Shown here piece by piece: positions 40,200-53,555 of a stretch of 64,000 bases of DNA; the first letter of the stretch is position 1; every line of letters begins with the position of its first letter. Source of the stretch: Octopus vulgaris (Eukaryota); assembly GCA_951406725.2 (NCBI GenBank), contig OX597830.1:64232001-64296000 (forward strand). The letters run 5' to 3'. The notes below the pieces were generated by a model that saw only the letters and a list, made by a program, of their open reading frames with translations, did not search any database and had not been told where the DNA came from. Position numbers and translations under genes: made by a program.

Positions 40200-40864
40200 C
40201 ATATAAATATACATACAAACATATATATATATATTATACACATACAGCACGTACAAATATCCTCATATACACAACTCATTTATATACACAACTCACACAC
40301 ACGGACACATATATAAAGGCATACATATATACCTGTATGCATACAATCACTAATAAATATACGCACACAAGCAAACATTCAAACACATATACGCACATTT
40401 ATACACACTAACACAAGTATACACACACATACAGAAAAACCAAAAAACATATACAAACGTACTTTTATACAGACATACATGTACACACATACAAAACAGA
40501 GACATTGATATATATATATATATATATACACACATAAAATTATATACATAAACACACACATCATGTATACACTATTATATACATAGAGTAAACAATATCT
40601 TAGAAACGTATTCTTATACACAACATATCACATCGTAAGTGTGACGACACGTTCTGTTTTATGCGTGAGGTTTGGATAGGCTTTTCCAGTTCTTGGTTAC
40701 ATTAAGACATAATACATACACACGGAGTCTGATATCTAATACTCGTCCTCCTCCATACGCACACAGCGCGCGCGCACACAGATACACACACGCACACATG
40801 CGCGATCACATACAGTCGCGCGCACGCACGCAGAGAAATATATATTGTATACACACATAAATGT

Positions 40865-40895
<31 letters not shown>

Positions 40896-41088
40896 TTCAA
40901 ACATATACACATGCAAGGATATGGATACACACATAAATATATTGATTGTATGTATGTATGTATGTGTATATATATATATGTATATACATATATATACATA
41001 CATGCATATATATATGTGTGTGTGTATGTATGTTTGTAATAGATGAATATATAAACATATATATGTGTTTACATGCATACACGAACAT

Positions 41089-41120
<32 letters not shown>

Positions 41121-41284
41121 CTATATATATATATACATACACACATACATACATACATACATATATATATACATATGTATATATGTATATATATATATAT
41201 ATATATTATATATACATACATACATACATATATACATATATGCATACACACATATATATATATATATATATATGTGTATGTATG

Positions 41285-41332
<48 letters not shown>

Positions 41333-41520
41333 AAGAGAGAGAAAGAGAAAGAGAGAAAAACACGAAAAAGAGAGCTAGAGAGAGGCGGGTTGCTGGAAGG
41401 TACGGTTTCATGAGGAATTTCCACCTCCAAGACATGCTTATATATGCAGATATTTATCTTGTTATGTGTTTGTTGGAAAAGATGTAAATACTGGTTTATT
41501 ACATATTTCTTTCCCTGGCA

Positions 41521-41607
41521 CCAATCACTCTCCTCTATGAACCATGTTCACCGTCATAGTGGAAAATGGCGGCGGTGGAAATTGGCGCCAGTATGGAGTC
41601 ACGTGAT
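41521..41607 (+). promoter_or_regulatory. Candidate promoter/enhancer motif cluster
   Basis: CCAATCAC (NF-Y-like), AAAATGGCGGC (YY1-like), TGGCGCCA (E2F-like) and GTCACGTGAT (E-box) within 90 bp of non-repeat sequence. Confidence 0.35.
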
Positions 41608-41892
41608 CAAACGTTATTTAATTACGTCTGTACGTTTGTCACTTTTACTTTATTCTCACCCCTGCGCCCTCCACCCCACCTCACACACACGGAAAGTTTA
41701 CACAACACACACGCAAACAAAACACTTATAGACACTCACACAAACACGATTCAACAAAGGAGTCCTCTTTGCAGAGTACTTCATCTGCTAGAAATAGAAA
41801 CCAAATCTTTAGCATGTATGTAAATGTATATATGTAAGTATGTATGTATGTCTATACGTAAAATGTATGTGTAATATAGACAAAACTTACAC

Positions 41893-42088
41893 AGGCGTGA
41901 CTGTGTTTTTAAGTAGCTTGCATACCAACCACATGGTTCCGTGTTCAGTCCCAATGCGTGGTACCTTGGGCAAGTGTCTTCTACTATAGCCTCGGGCTGA
42001 CGAAAGCTTTGTGAGTGGATTTGGTGGACGGAAACTGAAAGAAGACCGTCGTATGTATAAATATATATATATGTGTGTGCGCGCGCGC

Positions 42089-42120
<32 letters not shown>

Positions 42121-42375
42121 GTGTGCGTGTGTGTGTATGTGCAAACACATGCACAAAGATACACACACAAAGATATATATGCGTGTGTGTATGTGTGTTT
42201 GTTTATGTTTGTCACCCAACCATCGCTTGACAGCCGATGTTGGTGCATTTACGTCCCCATAACGTAGCGGCTCGGAAAAAGAGACCCGATAGAATAAGTC
42301 CTGAGATCGATTTGTTCGACTGAAGGCAGTGCTCCAGCATGGCCGCAGTCAAAATGACTCTAAGATATAAAAGAA
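41893..42375 (+). mobile_element. Family-B SINE
   Basis: Homology to family B. Confidence 0.88.
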
Positions 42376-42492
42376 TATAACACATAAGACGAGACTCTAA
42401 AGTAGAATCTCACTCTGCAGTAAAACAGGGGTTGAAACTGTTAACCCCCTAATTTTTTTCTCTTTGAATTCCTCCCCTGCAAATTCTTTATA

Positions 42493-42529
42493 GTATTTGA
42501 TAAGATGGATGCAGCGAAACCGGTTATAT
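42493..42529 (+). ncRNA. Minimal hammerhead motif, U3-A8 core variant
   Basis: GTAT TTGATAA GATG-gatg-CAGC GAAAC-cg-GTT ATAT. One mismatch in stem II. Confidence 0.5.
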
Positions 42530-42653
42530 TTTAAATCATTCACTGTAACAAATATAATAAACATCTTCTAAAATATACTTTTGTGCATTTTTCAACTTTA
42601 TTTACTTTTTTTAACCATAATTTTTTATTTGTATGGAGTCTTCATTACTTTTC

Positions 42654-42729
<76 letters not shown>

Positions 42730-42929
42730 ACTGAATGAATTATCTTATTAAGGATAATTCAAAAGATAACCGATACCTGGGTAGCAAATTCACATCAGAA
42801 AGAACACGGTTGAAGCTACGTCCCTAGGGCATAGACTACGTGTCTTCGTGCGGAAATTTGTATGTTTATTTTAAAATTATAAGTATATGAAAGAATGGAG
42901 TTGAACGACTAGTTAACAAATATCCTTTA

Positions 42930-43014
42930 TTCTCGACATATGTATCGAAAGGCTGCGTATTCCTAATTCCGAAGGAATAAGGAGTACATTATGCAGAATT
43001 TCTCATCAGGAAAA
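42930..43014 (-). ncRNA. Hammerhead motif with extended stem II
   Basis: TTTTC CTGATGA GAAA..CTGC..TATTCCTTCGGAATTAGGAATA.GCAG..TTTC GATAC-atat-GTC GAGAA. GAAA is changed to GATA. Confidence 0.55.
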
Positions 43015-43144
43015 TCAAGGAAACTTATGTCGACATTAAAATGCACAAAAAACTTTTAGCTGACCGCTCTCAAGGAGCCCATTGCGATAATGTATATATA
43101 TACATACATATATATATATATTACTCAAAGAAATTCCAACTCCG

Positions 43145-43406
43145 TTTTTTATGTTTTATTTATATTCTTATAATATTAATATAGGATATAGAATATACAG
43201 TATATAGTAAGAAAGATATGAAATGAAGTATTGATTGTCTTATTCAACAAATGAAATATTGAAAATTAAAATTTAATATTTAATATTTAATTTTCAATAT
43301 TTCTTTTGTTCAATAAGACAATACTTCATTTCATATCTTTCTCACTATATACTGTATATTCTACATCCTATATTAATATTATAAGAATATAAATAAAACA
43401 AAAAAA
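43145..43406. repeat. AT-rich fold-back with ~125-bp arms between (TA)n tracts
   Basis: TTTATTTATATTCTTATAATATTAATATAGGAT...ATCCTATATTAATATTATAAGAATATAAATAAA. Confidence 0.85.
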
Positions 43407-43787
43407 TATATTCATACAGTTTTGTGTGTGTATTCTTTGAGTATATATATTCTTCTATACACAATTATACAAACTCCTTTGTGTATATATATATGTGTGT
43501 GTACACGTATATTTGTATATATATATGTATATATGTGTGTCTATATATATCAGGGTAAGAAAAGTTTTAGAAATTTTTACTACCAGTGGCCTAGCGTGTA
43601 GAAAAATTAATCAGTAGACTATATATTATTCATATATTAATTATGGTAACAAAAGTAAATAAAGTTGGAAAATGCACAAAAGTATATTTTAGAAAATGTT
43701 TAATATATTATTTGCTAACATAAATTATCTGCTCCCCAAAATTGCTGGCCTTGTGCCTAAATTTGAAACCGATATCTAAATATATCT

Positions 43788-43824
<37 letters not shown>

Positions 43825-43839
43825 GCTTTTTGCGTAATG

Positions 43840-44590
43840 ATGCGCACTCTTAACCTTTCTGTCCCCCTCCCTTTCTCAGCCTTCATTCTTTCTGGTTTCC
43901 TTTTCTTCTACCTTATTGTCTCTCTCCCTCTCTCTCTCTCTCATTCTTCATTTTTTCTGGTTTTCTCTACAACCATTCCCTTCCTCCCCCCGTCTCTCTT
44001 ACTCTTCCTCTGTCCCGTCGTTGACCAGCGACGAGGAAACTACTGTCTTTCTGACCTCGCTTCCCCTGAGCGTAGACGGCTTTTCTATGTCTCTCTCTGC
44101 CGTTCTCAACAAGCGTTCGTAATATTTTCTCTCGTTTGGCTTAACAGCCCTCATTGTTTGTGTTACTGTTATTCTCCTTACCCTGTCTTTTACTGTTTAT
44201 AATTGTACTGTCTTTACTGTCCTGTTTTTGTTACCATTTTTACCCCTCTGCAAAAAAAATCTCAAATTTATTTAATTTGCTTTTTGCGGGAAGGAATGTT
44301 TCACCAAAGTCGTGTCTCGCCTTGACCTTCGAAACGCGGAGTAGATGAAACAGAGGCGACTGAAGAAGAGGCATTTTCCTTGTGTTATATGTCCTGTACT
44401 CTATTTTGCCGTTGTTTAAGAAAAATGTTCATTTCCTTGGTTTTGTGTTTATGTTTTCGTTTTTCATTGTGGTCGACGTTTTTTTGGTGTCCTGTACCCA
44501 TATATGCATGTATATATACATGTAGATGTAGGTACGTACATATATGTATGTATATATGCATATGTTTTATTTATTAATTTGTTATTATAT
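43840..44590 (+). mobile_element. Interspersed repeat inserted in (TA)n (probable PLE 3' region)
   Basis: Its last ~150 bp recur at 27490-27640, also in (TA)n. Pyrimidine-rich body. Confidence 0.55.
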
Positions 44591-44725
44591 ATATAAATAT
44601 ATATATATATATAATACATACATGCACACGTAGTGTAAATACAATAAACAGGAGGAAGACCAGCACAGGAATAAACTGATTGACAAATATGGTGTTAGGT
44701 TAAGATTGTAATGGAAAGAGAAGAC

Positions 44726-44760
44726 TTCTTAACGTTTCGGATCTTACTCTTTCAGAAGAA
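44726..44760 (-). ncRNA. Degenerate hammerhead motif
   Basis: TTCTT CTGAAAGA gtaagatcc GAAAC GTT AAGAA. Perfect stem I, damaged stem II. Confidence 0.4.
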
Positions 44761-44770
44761 AGAGAGAATC

Positions 44771-44830
<60 letters not shown>

Positions 44831-45198
44831 CATACATATATATATGTAGTGGTGTGTAAACGCGCGTATTCTATATATGAATCGGGGGTCAGAGAAAATT
44901 TTGTGAATATATTTATAAGTTTTCACCGTATATATTAGTAATGAAAAATAATCTAATCTAATGTTATGTATATATAAACCTACAGCGGAAAATCGGTATT
45001 AGTGCACGTGGGCATCGAACCCACACTTCTTTTCCCACCGATAACTATGTGCCAACCGATTACCTGATCATATCCATTCATTTCCCCCTTACATTTAGTA
45101 ACTATGATTTTCATTTTCATAGTGATATCATTTTTACAAAATTTTCACTTGTCATCGTTTTTTAACTTACGCGGAATACACACACGTTTACAACTTGC

Positions 45199-45432
45199 CT
45201 ATTTCTTTACTACCCACAAGGGGCTAAACACAGAGGAGACAAACAAGGACAGACAGACGGATTAAGTCGATTATATCGACCCCAGTGCGTAACTGGTACT
45301 TAATTTATCGGCCCCGAAAGGATGAAAGACAAAGTGGACCTCGGCTGAATTTGAACTCAGAACGTAACGGCAGACGAAATACGGCTACGCATTTCGCCCG
45401 GTGTGCTAACGTTTCTGCCAGTTGGCCGCCTT
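45199..45432 (-). mobile_element. Family-A SINE
   Basis: TSD ACGTTTACAACTT. Confidence 0.9.
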
Positions 45433-45647
45433 CATACGTTTACAACTTACCGCTATGGAAATCATCGTTCCTAAATCTGAGAAAACACTGGATCGATATC
45501 TTAGTGTGAACGGTCAGCATGCTTATCACCAAGACAAAATGTATAGGGTCGATTCCACGTGTACTAATAACCATTTTTCCTGTCATGAGTTTACATGCCC
45601 AAATATTAGACAATTTTCTATACAATATGCGTGTGTGTGCGTGTGTA

Positions 45648-46009
45648 TAATAAAAGAAGCAAAGTGCACACTGTTTACATAGTTTTAATATATTTTATAA
45701 GTGAAAGAGTATTTTGTTTGTCGACCGGTTTCGCCTTCGCTAATCATGACATTGAAATTATGATAATTTCGTATTTTCTTAAGAAGATTTTAGTCCATGT
45801 TGTGTATGGGAGTTTGTGAATAAAACTTTTATTCTCAAATACCCATACACAACATGGACTAAAATGTTCTTAAGAAAATACGAAATTATCATAATTTCAA
45901 TGTCATGATTAGCGAAGGCGAAACCGGTCGACAAACAAAATACTCTTTCACTTATAAAATAAAATATATTAAAACTATGTAAACAGTGTGCATTTTCCTT
46001 CTTTTATTA
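45648..46009. mobile_element. PLE-type ~360-bp fold-back with almost no loop
   Basis: Near-perfect inverted arms, each with an HHR motif. Abuts (TTA)n. Confidence 0.75.
45901..45933 (+). ncRNA. Minimal type-I hammerhead motif, A3-U8 core variant; mirror copy at 45719-45751 (-)
   Basis: TGTC ATGATTA GC-gaag-GC GAAAC-cg-GTC GACA. Confidence 0.65.
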
Positions 46010-46013
46010 TTAC

Positions 46014-46100
<87 letters not shown>

Positions 46101-46629
46101 GTTTTATATATATATATATATGAAATGCTGCTGAGCATTTTGTCTGGCGTGGTAACGATTCTGCCAGTTCGACAATAACAATCTGTAACTTTTGCACAAA
46201 TTCGACAGTTTTGTTTATTGTAGGATTGTATTTGATTGATTCATCAAGAGTACATTCGATACTCACCTCCACCTCCTTCTCCTCCTCCTCCTTCTCCTCC
46301 TCCTCTTCCTTGTCATTCCCCTTCCCACTTTCTCCTCCCCTTCCCCTTCTACCTTCTATATTTCCTCTTCCTTCCCTTTCTCCCCTTACCACCTCTCTCC
46401 CCTCTCCTTCCTCTTCCTCCTTTGTATTCATTTCCTTTCCCTTTTCTTATTCCTCTCCCTTCTCCTTCTTCTCCTTCTCCTTCTCCTTCTTCCTCTCTTC
46501 TTTGTCATCGTCACCTTGGTTGCCTTTGGTCACTCTTTGAAAGAACTGATCGTCGTCACAAAGTCATCCTGGGATACACGAATGCACTGGAGTGATTTCT
46601 TAGTGTTTCCACAGTGTTTTCTCACCCCC

Positions 46630-47650
46630 CACTACCACCACCACCACCACCACCACCACCACACAACCACCACCACCAACACCATCACCACCACCACCAC
46701 CACCACCATTACCACCACCACCACCACCACCACCACCATTAACACCACCACCACCACCATTACCACCACCATTACCACCACCGCCATTACCACCACCACA
46801 ACCACCATTACCACCACCACCATTACCACCACCATTACCACCACAACCACCACCACCATTACAACCACCGCCATTACCACCACCACAACCACCACCACCA
46901 CCACCACCACCACCATTACCACCACCACCATCACTGTGGTCTCACAGTTGTTCATTATCTCGTGATCCCTCTGTGACTTCTCAGTTGTCTCTCAATGGTC
47001 CCTTCTCCCTAAATGTCTGTGGTTCCCACAGTATCCCTCAGTGGTCCCTCGGTAGTTTTTGAACCTCGGAACGCCATAAATGGTTATAATACTCAAACCC
47101 ACCAGGAAAAGGACCAGTTGGACATCTCTATCATCTGAGCCATAACTACTGCAATCAGGTCATTGGGGTAGGGAATGATATAGTACATCCAACCACAGCC
47201 TATTGCCACACACCCTTAATAAAAAACACCACCACCACCATCACCACCACCACCACCATCACCACCACCACCACCACCACCACCACCACCACCACCACCA
47301 CCACCACCACCACCACCACCACCACCACCACCACCACCAGGAGCATCACCACTCCTACAGCTATCACAGCTACTAAGTTCACCTCTCACTACGGCCTGAC
47401 ACACTACCACCGTCACCATCAACACCACTACTATAAGAACCATTACCACATTATCACCACAGCCACAACTACCAGCACCATCACCACCCCAACTACCACC
47501 ACTACCATCACCACTATCACTACCACGACCACAACCATAACTATTATTACCACCACAACCACAACCATCCCCACGACCACCATTACCACCGCAACCACAA
47601 CTACTGCTACAACCACCACCACCACCACCACCACCACCACCACTGCCGCC
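46630..47650. repeat. (ACC)n trinucleotide tracts
   Basis: Seen directly at 46630-46935 and 47226-47650. Confidence 0.9.
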
Positions 47651-48284
47651 GCAATCATTACTCTCCCCGCAATGAACCCCCTACTTTCATCACAAATCAA
47701 AGGCATTAGCAGTTAATTAAACCTGGCGCCAACAAAGATCACCCTTCCCGTTTCCCCCACCCAACGTCCCCCGCCCCTATTCCTTCGTATTTTGATTTGG
47801 GACGGGTTTATAACCGCATTCAACATCTTTGGTTGGTGATTCTGGGTTTTGGTGGAATGTTTTGGAGAGATGTGGGATAGTTGTACCCTCGTATGTAGCG
47901 CAGGGGTCAGAGAGTTTAATAAGCAAGAGAGGAAGAGAGAAGAAGTGAGAGAGAGAGGGAGAGAGAGAGAGAGAGCGGGGAGAGAGAAGGAGAGAGAAAG
48001 ACAGAGAAAGGAAAATGAGAGGGAGGAAGGACAGGGAAGAAAGAGGAAGGGAGAGAGAGAGAGAGAGAGGAAAGATGAAATTAGAGAGAGGAAGGAGGAA
48101 GGGGATGAGGGAGAGAACTGATAGAGTACATGTTGGTATGAACATAACGACATTTATATACCTTGATAGACGTGGATAGATCAATCGATCAATCGATCGA
48201 TCGATAGATAAATAGATCGGTTAATGAATACATACAAATATCGACAGATACTTGTATATATATCCGTGGGATATTTAGATATAT

Positions 48285-48320
<36 letters not shown>

Positions 48321-48532
48321 ACATATACATACACATATACATACACATTTACACATATAACAGGCTTCCTTTTGTTTCCATTTAAATCCACTCATAGGTT
48401 TTTTGTCGGCTCGATGCTTAATCAAGGTGTCGCACAGTGGAACTGAACTCAGAACCATGTGGTTGGGAAGCAAACCTCTTACCACAGAGCCACGCCTGCG
48501 CCTATGTCGTGTATCATTATACCATTGTTATT

Positions 48533-48970
48533 AAGGCGGGCGAGCGGGCAGATTCGTAAGCAAGACGGGCGAAATGCTTAGCTGAATTTTGTCTGCCGCT
48601 ACGTTTTGAGTTCAAATTCCGCCGAGGTCGACTTTACCTTTCATCCTTTCGGGGTCGATAAATTAAGTACCAGTTGCGTACTGGGGTCGATCTAGTCGAC
48701 TGGCCCTCTCCTCTGAAATTTCCGGCCTTGTGCCTAGAGTAGAAAAGTTTATTAAGGCGGCGAACTGGCAGAATCGTTAGCACGCCGGGTGAAATGCTTA
48801 GCTGTATCTTGTCAGCCGCTACGTTCTGAGTTCAAATTCCGCCAAGGTCAACTTTACCTTTTATCCTTTCAAGGTCGATAAATCAAGTACTAGTTGAGTA
48901 CTGGGATTAATGTGACCGACTGTTCCCCTCCCCACATAATCCTGGCCTTGTGCCTATAGTAGAAAGGATT
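48533..48970 (+). mobile_element. Two tandem family-A SINEs
   Basis: Homology to family A. Confidence 0.9.
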
Positions 48971-49125
48971 ATTCCATTATTCCGAATAAAGCTTCGTGGC
49001 CAAGTGGTTAGGATGTCGTACTCACGATCGCAAGACCGTGGTTTCGATTTGAATCACTGTAACATCTAATGTGTGAGACACCGCGCACCCGTACTGGAAA
49101 TAAAGATGTGATGGAGAGAGTAAAC

Positions 49126-50060
49126 CAGTGGTTCTCAACCAGTTTTTACCCATGGACCTCTTTGCTTACTATTATATTCTCGCGACCCACCTTAGACATT
49201 CAAAATTTAAACACTGGCTTTATAGATACTTCTTTCAAAATTTCTATTTTTTCTTCACACATTCACTTGTGTAGGTTTGCAATAACACTCTATAAGACAA
49301 CATGTTTCAGTGGCTGATGGTTGTATAAAACACTAGGAAAAGGGACCTAGTGGTTTCTTGTAATAAATACAACTAAAACAAAATTCTTTCATGAACCCTT
49401 AAAATACTACTGTGGACCCTCAATTTACTATTCCTACCACTCTATGTCACGCTGGTGAGACCCATATTGGAGTATGGGATTCAAGCCTCTTCTCCTTATC
49501 TCCTCAAAGACATACAGCATCTCGAAAGAGTCCAGAGGCTGGCTACCCGCATGGTTCATGGTCTCAAAAATTTGTCCTACGAAGAAAGGCTGAAGACGCT
49601 CGACCTTTATTCTCTTGAAAAACGCCGCCGCCGTGGTGATCTCATTCTCGCCCACAACATCATAAGCGGGAAGTGTAACCTCTCGAAAGAGCTGTTCTTC
49701 ACTCCTGCTCCGGAGCGTCGGCTGCGGGGTCATTCCGAAAAGCTCTACCTGCGACGATTTCATCTCAATCGAAGGAGAGGAGCTTTCTCCGTCCGGGTTG
49801 CGGATCCGTGGAACAAGCTGCCAGACGAGATGGTGAAGATGCCGACGACTGCTTTGTTCAAAGCCTCCCTGGACCTCAAGTGGCCTGAACTCTTTACATG
49901 AACACCACCCTGTACTTAACTCCATGTCCCCCTACATGGCCTTGCTATTTGCTTTTGAGCCAAATTAACTAACTAACTAACTATTTTGTTTGCGCGGACC
50001 CCGCCCCCAAATCTTATATTGGACTTCACTCTCCACATGGAATCTGATTGAGGGCCACTG
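49126..50060. mobile_element. hAT-type MITE interrupted by a CR1 LINE
   Basis: TIRs CAGTGGTTCTCAA and TTGAGGGCCACTG. 8-bp TSD GAGTAAAC/GAGTAAGC. Confidence 0.75.
49433..49983 (+). mobile_element. 5'-truncated CR1-group LINE (ORF2 C-terminus, 3' hairpin, (AACT)n tail)
   Basis: LYVTLVRPILEYG...LERVQRLATRMV..L..LSYEERLKTLDLYSLEKRRRRGDLI...RGH...FSVRV..WN.LP, uninterrupted to the stop at 49901. ACTATT direct repeat. Confidence 0.93.
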
Positions 50061-50624
50061 GAGTAAGCTAATGTACAGCATCAGCAAATCATTTGTGTCA
50101 GCAAGAGACACGGCCATATCATATCATAGCTGAAATGGTTCGTTTCCTGGATTCTTAGCGAGGAATCGATTCGTTAGTTTAGGTTTTTCTGTCAGCCTCT
50201 TTCCATTGTGTTCGTCATTTGTTGAAAATTTATGAAATTTAACTGTCATACCCTGTTCAATATAAGTCATATTCTTTAACTGAACATCTTAGGTTAAATT
50301 TTGTTAAACACAGATAAGCGCATTCCCTTCTTTGTTCTCCCGACCTACTTCTAACTTTCGAGCTTGTATAAATACAGAACCCAAACGAAAATTCTCCCTT
50401 TCTGTTTCACTCAGAATTTGGCTGAAATAACAAGCCTCTCTTTTTTCACTCGGCATCTTCCCGGAGGAACATCTCTCTCTTTCATCTCACACTGTGCCAG
50501 ACGGACATGACTCTCTTTTGCCTGGCTCTTCGGCGTATGGACCTGTCTACCTATTTCTCCCACATCTTTCTCTTTCTGGCACCTGTCTCTCTCTAGCACC
50601 AACATCTGACACGAATATTGCCAA

Positions 50625-50845
50625 AAGTTAAAGCGGTGAGCTGGCAGAATCTTTAGCAAACCGGACAAAATGCTTAGCGGCATCTCGTCAGTCTTTACGT
50701 CCTGGCTTCAAATGTCACATGGGTCAATTTTGCCTTTCATCCTTTCGGTGTCGATAAATCAAGTACCAGATGAGCACGGGGGTCGATTTAATCGATTAGC
50801 TCCTCACCCAAAGTTGCCGGCCCTGCACCAAAATTTGAAACCGAT
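50625..50845 (+). mobile_element. Degenerate family-A SINE
   Basis: Homology to family A. Confidence 0.75.
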
Positions 50846-51063
50846 ATTACCAAAAGTTGTGCGAGTCGTTACTATCATTCGTTTACCATTGTAAGTGTCG
50901 ACTACCACAGCCTCTGTACACTGTCTCTAACAAGACGAAATATGACGGATAAATACAGCAGGTAAGAATTTACTTTTTTCCCTTCTATTTATTCATTTGG
51001 TCCATATCACACCGTCTAACGAAGTTTTATCTTCCCTGCTATCAATACTAATAACTACTGCAT

Positions 51064-51178
<115 letters not shown>

Positions 51179-52650
51179 CGCCCGGCAATGGGCCGAGAGG
51201 AAACTGTCCCTAAAAGGTCGAGCGGAGGTGGCGAACACGTACATCGCGTCCGTCATCTACTACCGCCTGACCGTCGTACCTTGTCCCGACCCTACCATCA
51301 CCAAACTACAACGCATCCTCTTTCGCTTCTTGTGGAAAGGATGCGTCCCGATGGTCAGGCGATCCATTTGCTGTCAACACCCGTTAAAAGGAGGGCTGGG
51401 CATGCCGTGGTTGATGATGCGCAGAGACTGCGGCATCTCTGGCTCTATGTAGACGACGGTGAACAGGTGTGGTCGTTGTTTGTGAGGCACGCTTTCCCGC
51501 AGCTCGTCTCCATGACCGAACTGCAGTCGTGGATCAAAAAGAGGCCGAGGAAGGGCGAATGGCACCGCGAGTGTCGCGTTGCTCTCAAGCAACTCTGCCG
51601 TCCTGGGTCGACCTTAAGTGACTTCAACACAACCAAAGCATTCTATAGGGGTTTAGTGGAGGGGAGGTACGACGACGAGCTCGGGGCGAACCTGGACGTC
51701 GACGAGGAGTACCTGACCCGCCTGTTCAGGACGACTTTCGGGCCAGGGCCCATGGACAACTTCCAGAGATCCCTGGCCTGGCAGTGCTACCGAGAAGCGC
51801 TACCCGTTCGGGATAAGCTCTACAGACACGGCTCGAGAAACACGGGGCCGACCTGCCCGAGATGCGGTCAGAGCGACGAAACCGTTCTGCACGCACTCGT
51901 TCAGTGTCCAACAATTTCCGACCTGTGGGCTTATGTCGAACAACTGCTGTCACGTGTGGGACGAGTCGGTTTATCAGCTGAGTCTATCGTCAATATTGTC
52001 ACGCCTCCTTCCTTCAAACGGGAAGGAAGAGCTATTTTCATCATCCTTGTGGCTATGGCGAAAGAATGTATCTGGTGGACGCGTCTGAAAGGATTGGAGA
52101 CAAACACTTTCCTCTCTGGTCAATCTCTCATCAACTTCTTCAAGTACCACTTGAAAAGGAAAGTGAGAGTAGAGAGGCAAGTTTTGTCTAGCGAATGTTT
52201 TAAAAAAAGATGGGTGAATGTAGCAAGAATGGCACGTATAAATGACGAAGCCTTGAGCATAGTCCTATGAACACAGAAATCGAAAACAGAGAGTTGCTTA
52301 TTTGCAAAAAAAAAAAAAAAAAGAAAAATAAAATGTGACATCATTGACCGAGGTTACCGTGGTCTTTTCCGTAGGCTTTTTCTTTGCACGGGTAAACCTC
52401 ACCTGTCCTCCCCTTTACACTTCATATTGACATTTCTGTGATAACGATCCCTATTGATCAATTTTTTTCCTCCCCCTTTTTTTTAAACCCCCCTTTTTTT
52501 GTCCTCTTTCTCTCCTTTTACGATCCCTTTTGATCGAAACTCCCCCTTCCTTTTTTTTTTTTTTTTTTTTTTTCTTAAACCTTCAAAAGAAAAGCTCTAC
52601 CTTGTAATTTGTTCTATCTGTGTGCAGCCCTGTGTGGCTAATAAAGAAAC
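51179..52650 (+). mobile_element. 5'-truncated Tx1/L1-clade LINE inserted in (CTAT)n
   Basis: W..RKLSLKGRAEVAN...FLWKG...KGGLGMP followed by the CCHC knuckle CPRCGQSDETVLHALVQC. One frameshift near 51425, stop at 52270. T-rich 3' UTR ending AATAAAGAAAC. Confidence 0.9.
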
Positions 52651-52651
52651 A

Positions 52652-53023
<372 letters not shown>

Positions 53024-53319
53024 TTATCTATTCACCTATCTATCTACCTACCTACCTAGCAGTAACATATACCTATTACATTGCATATTGTATTATTTTA
53101 TATATCTAATCAGTTTAGACATCCGTTTAATACAAGCAAGCCACGATAGATTAAGGAAGATAATATAAAGACCTTTACATGAAAGAATAAAACTAAAATT
53201 AAACCCACGAAAATTAGAAAGGAAAAAAGCCCTTTATTAAACCATTTTGTTGTCTCAATGAATTGAGAAAATTTGTTTAAAGTTTGTGGGTCTTTATAGA
53301 TATGGGTTGTCTTACACTT

Positions 53320-53555
53320 TCTAGTATAGGCACAAGGCCTGAAATTTATGGGGAGGGTGTAAATCGATTACTCCGACCCCAATGCTCATCGATTGTGGGG
53401 AAGTCGTAAGTCGACTGGTGCTTATTTTTATCGACCCCGAAAGGATGAAAGACAAAGCCGACCGTGGCGAAATTTGAACTCAGAACGTAAAGACGGACGA
53501 AATGCCGCGAAGTATTTTGCCTTGCGTGCTAAAGATTCCGTCAGATAGTTGCCCT
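53320..53555 (-). mobile_element. Family-A SINE
   Basis: Homology to family A. Confidence 0.8.

Noticed and set aside
44310-44380. GAAACGCGGAGTA...CTGAAGA as a permuted hammerhead
   Set aside because: I could not form stem I between the cleavage site and the core.
45000-45066. Minus-strand GGTTCGATGCC B-box-like sequence as a tRNA
   Set aside because: No cloverleaf or clear A box can be built.
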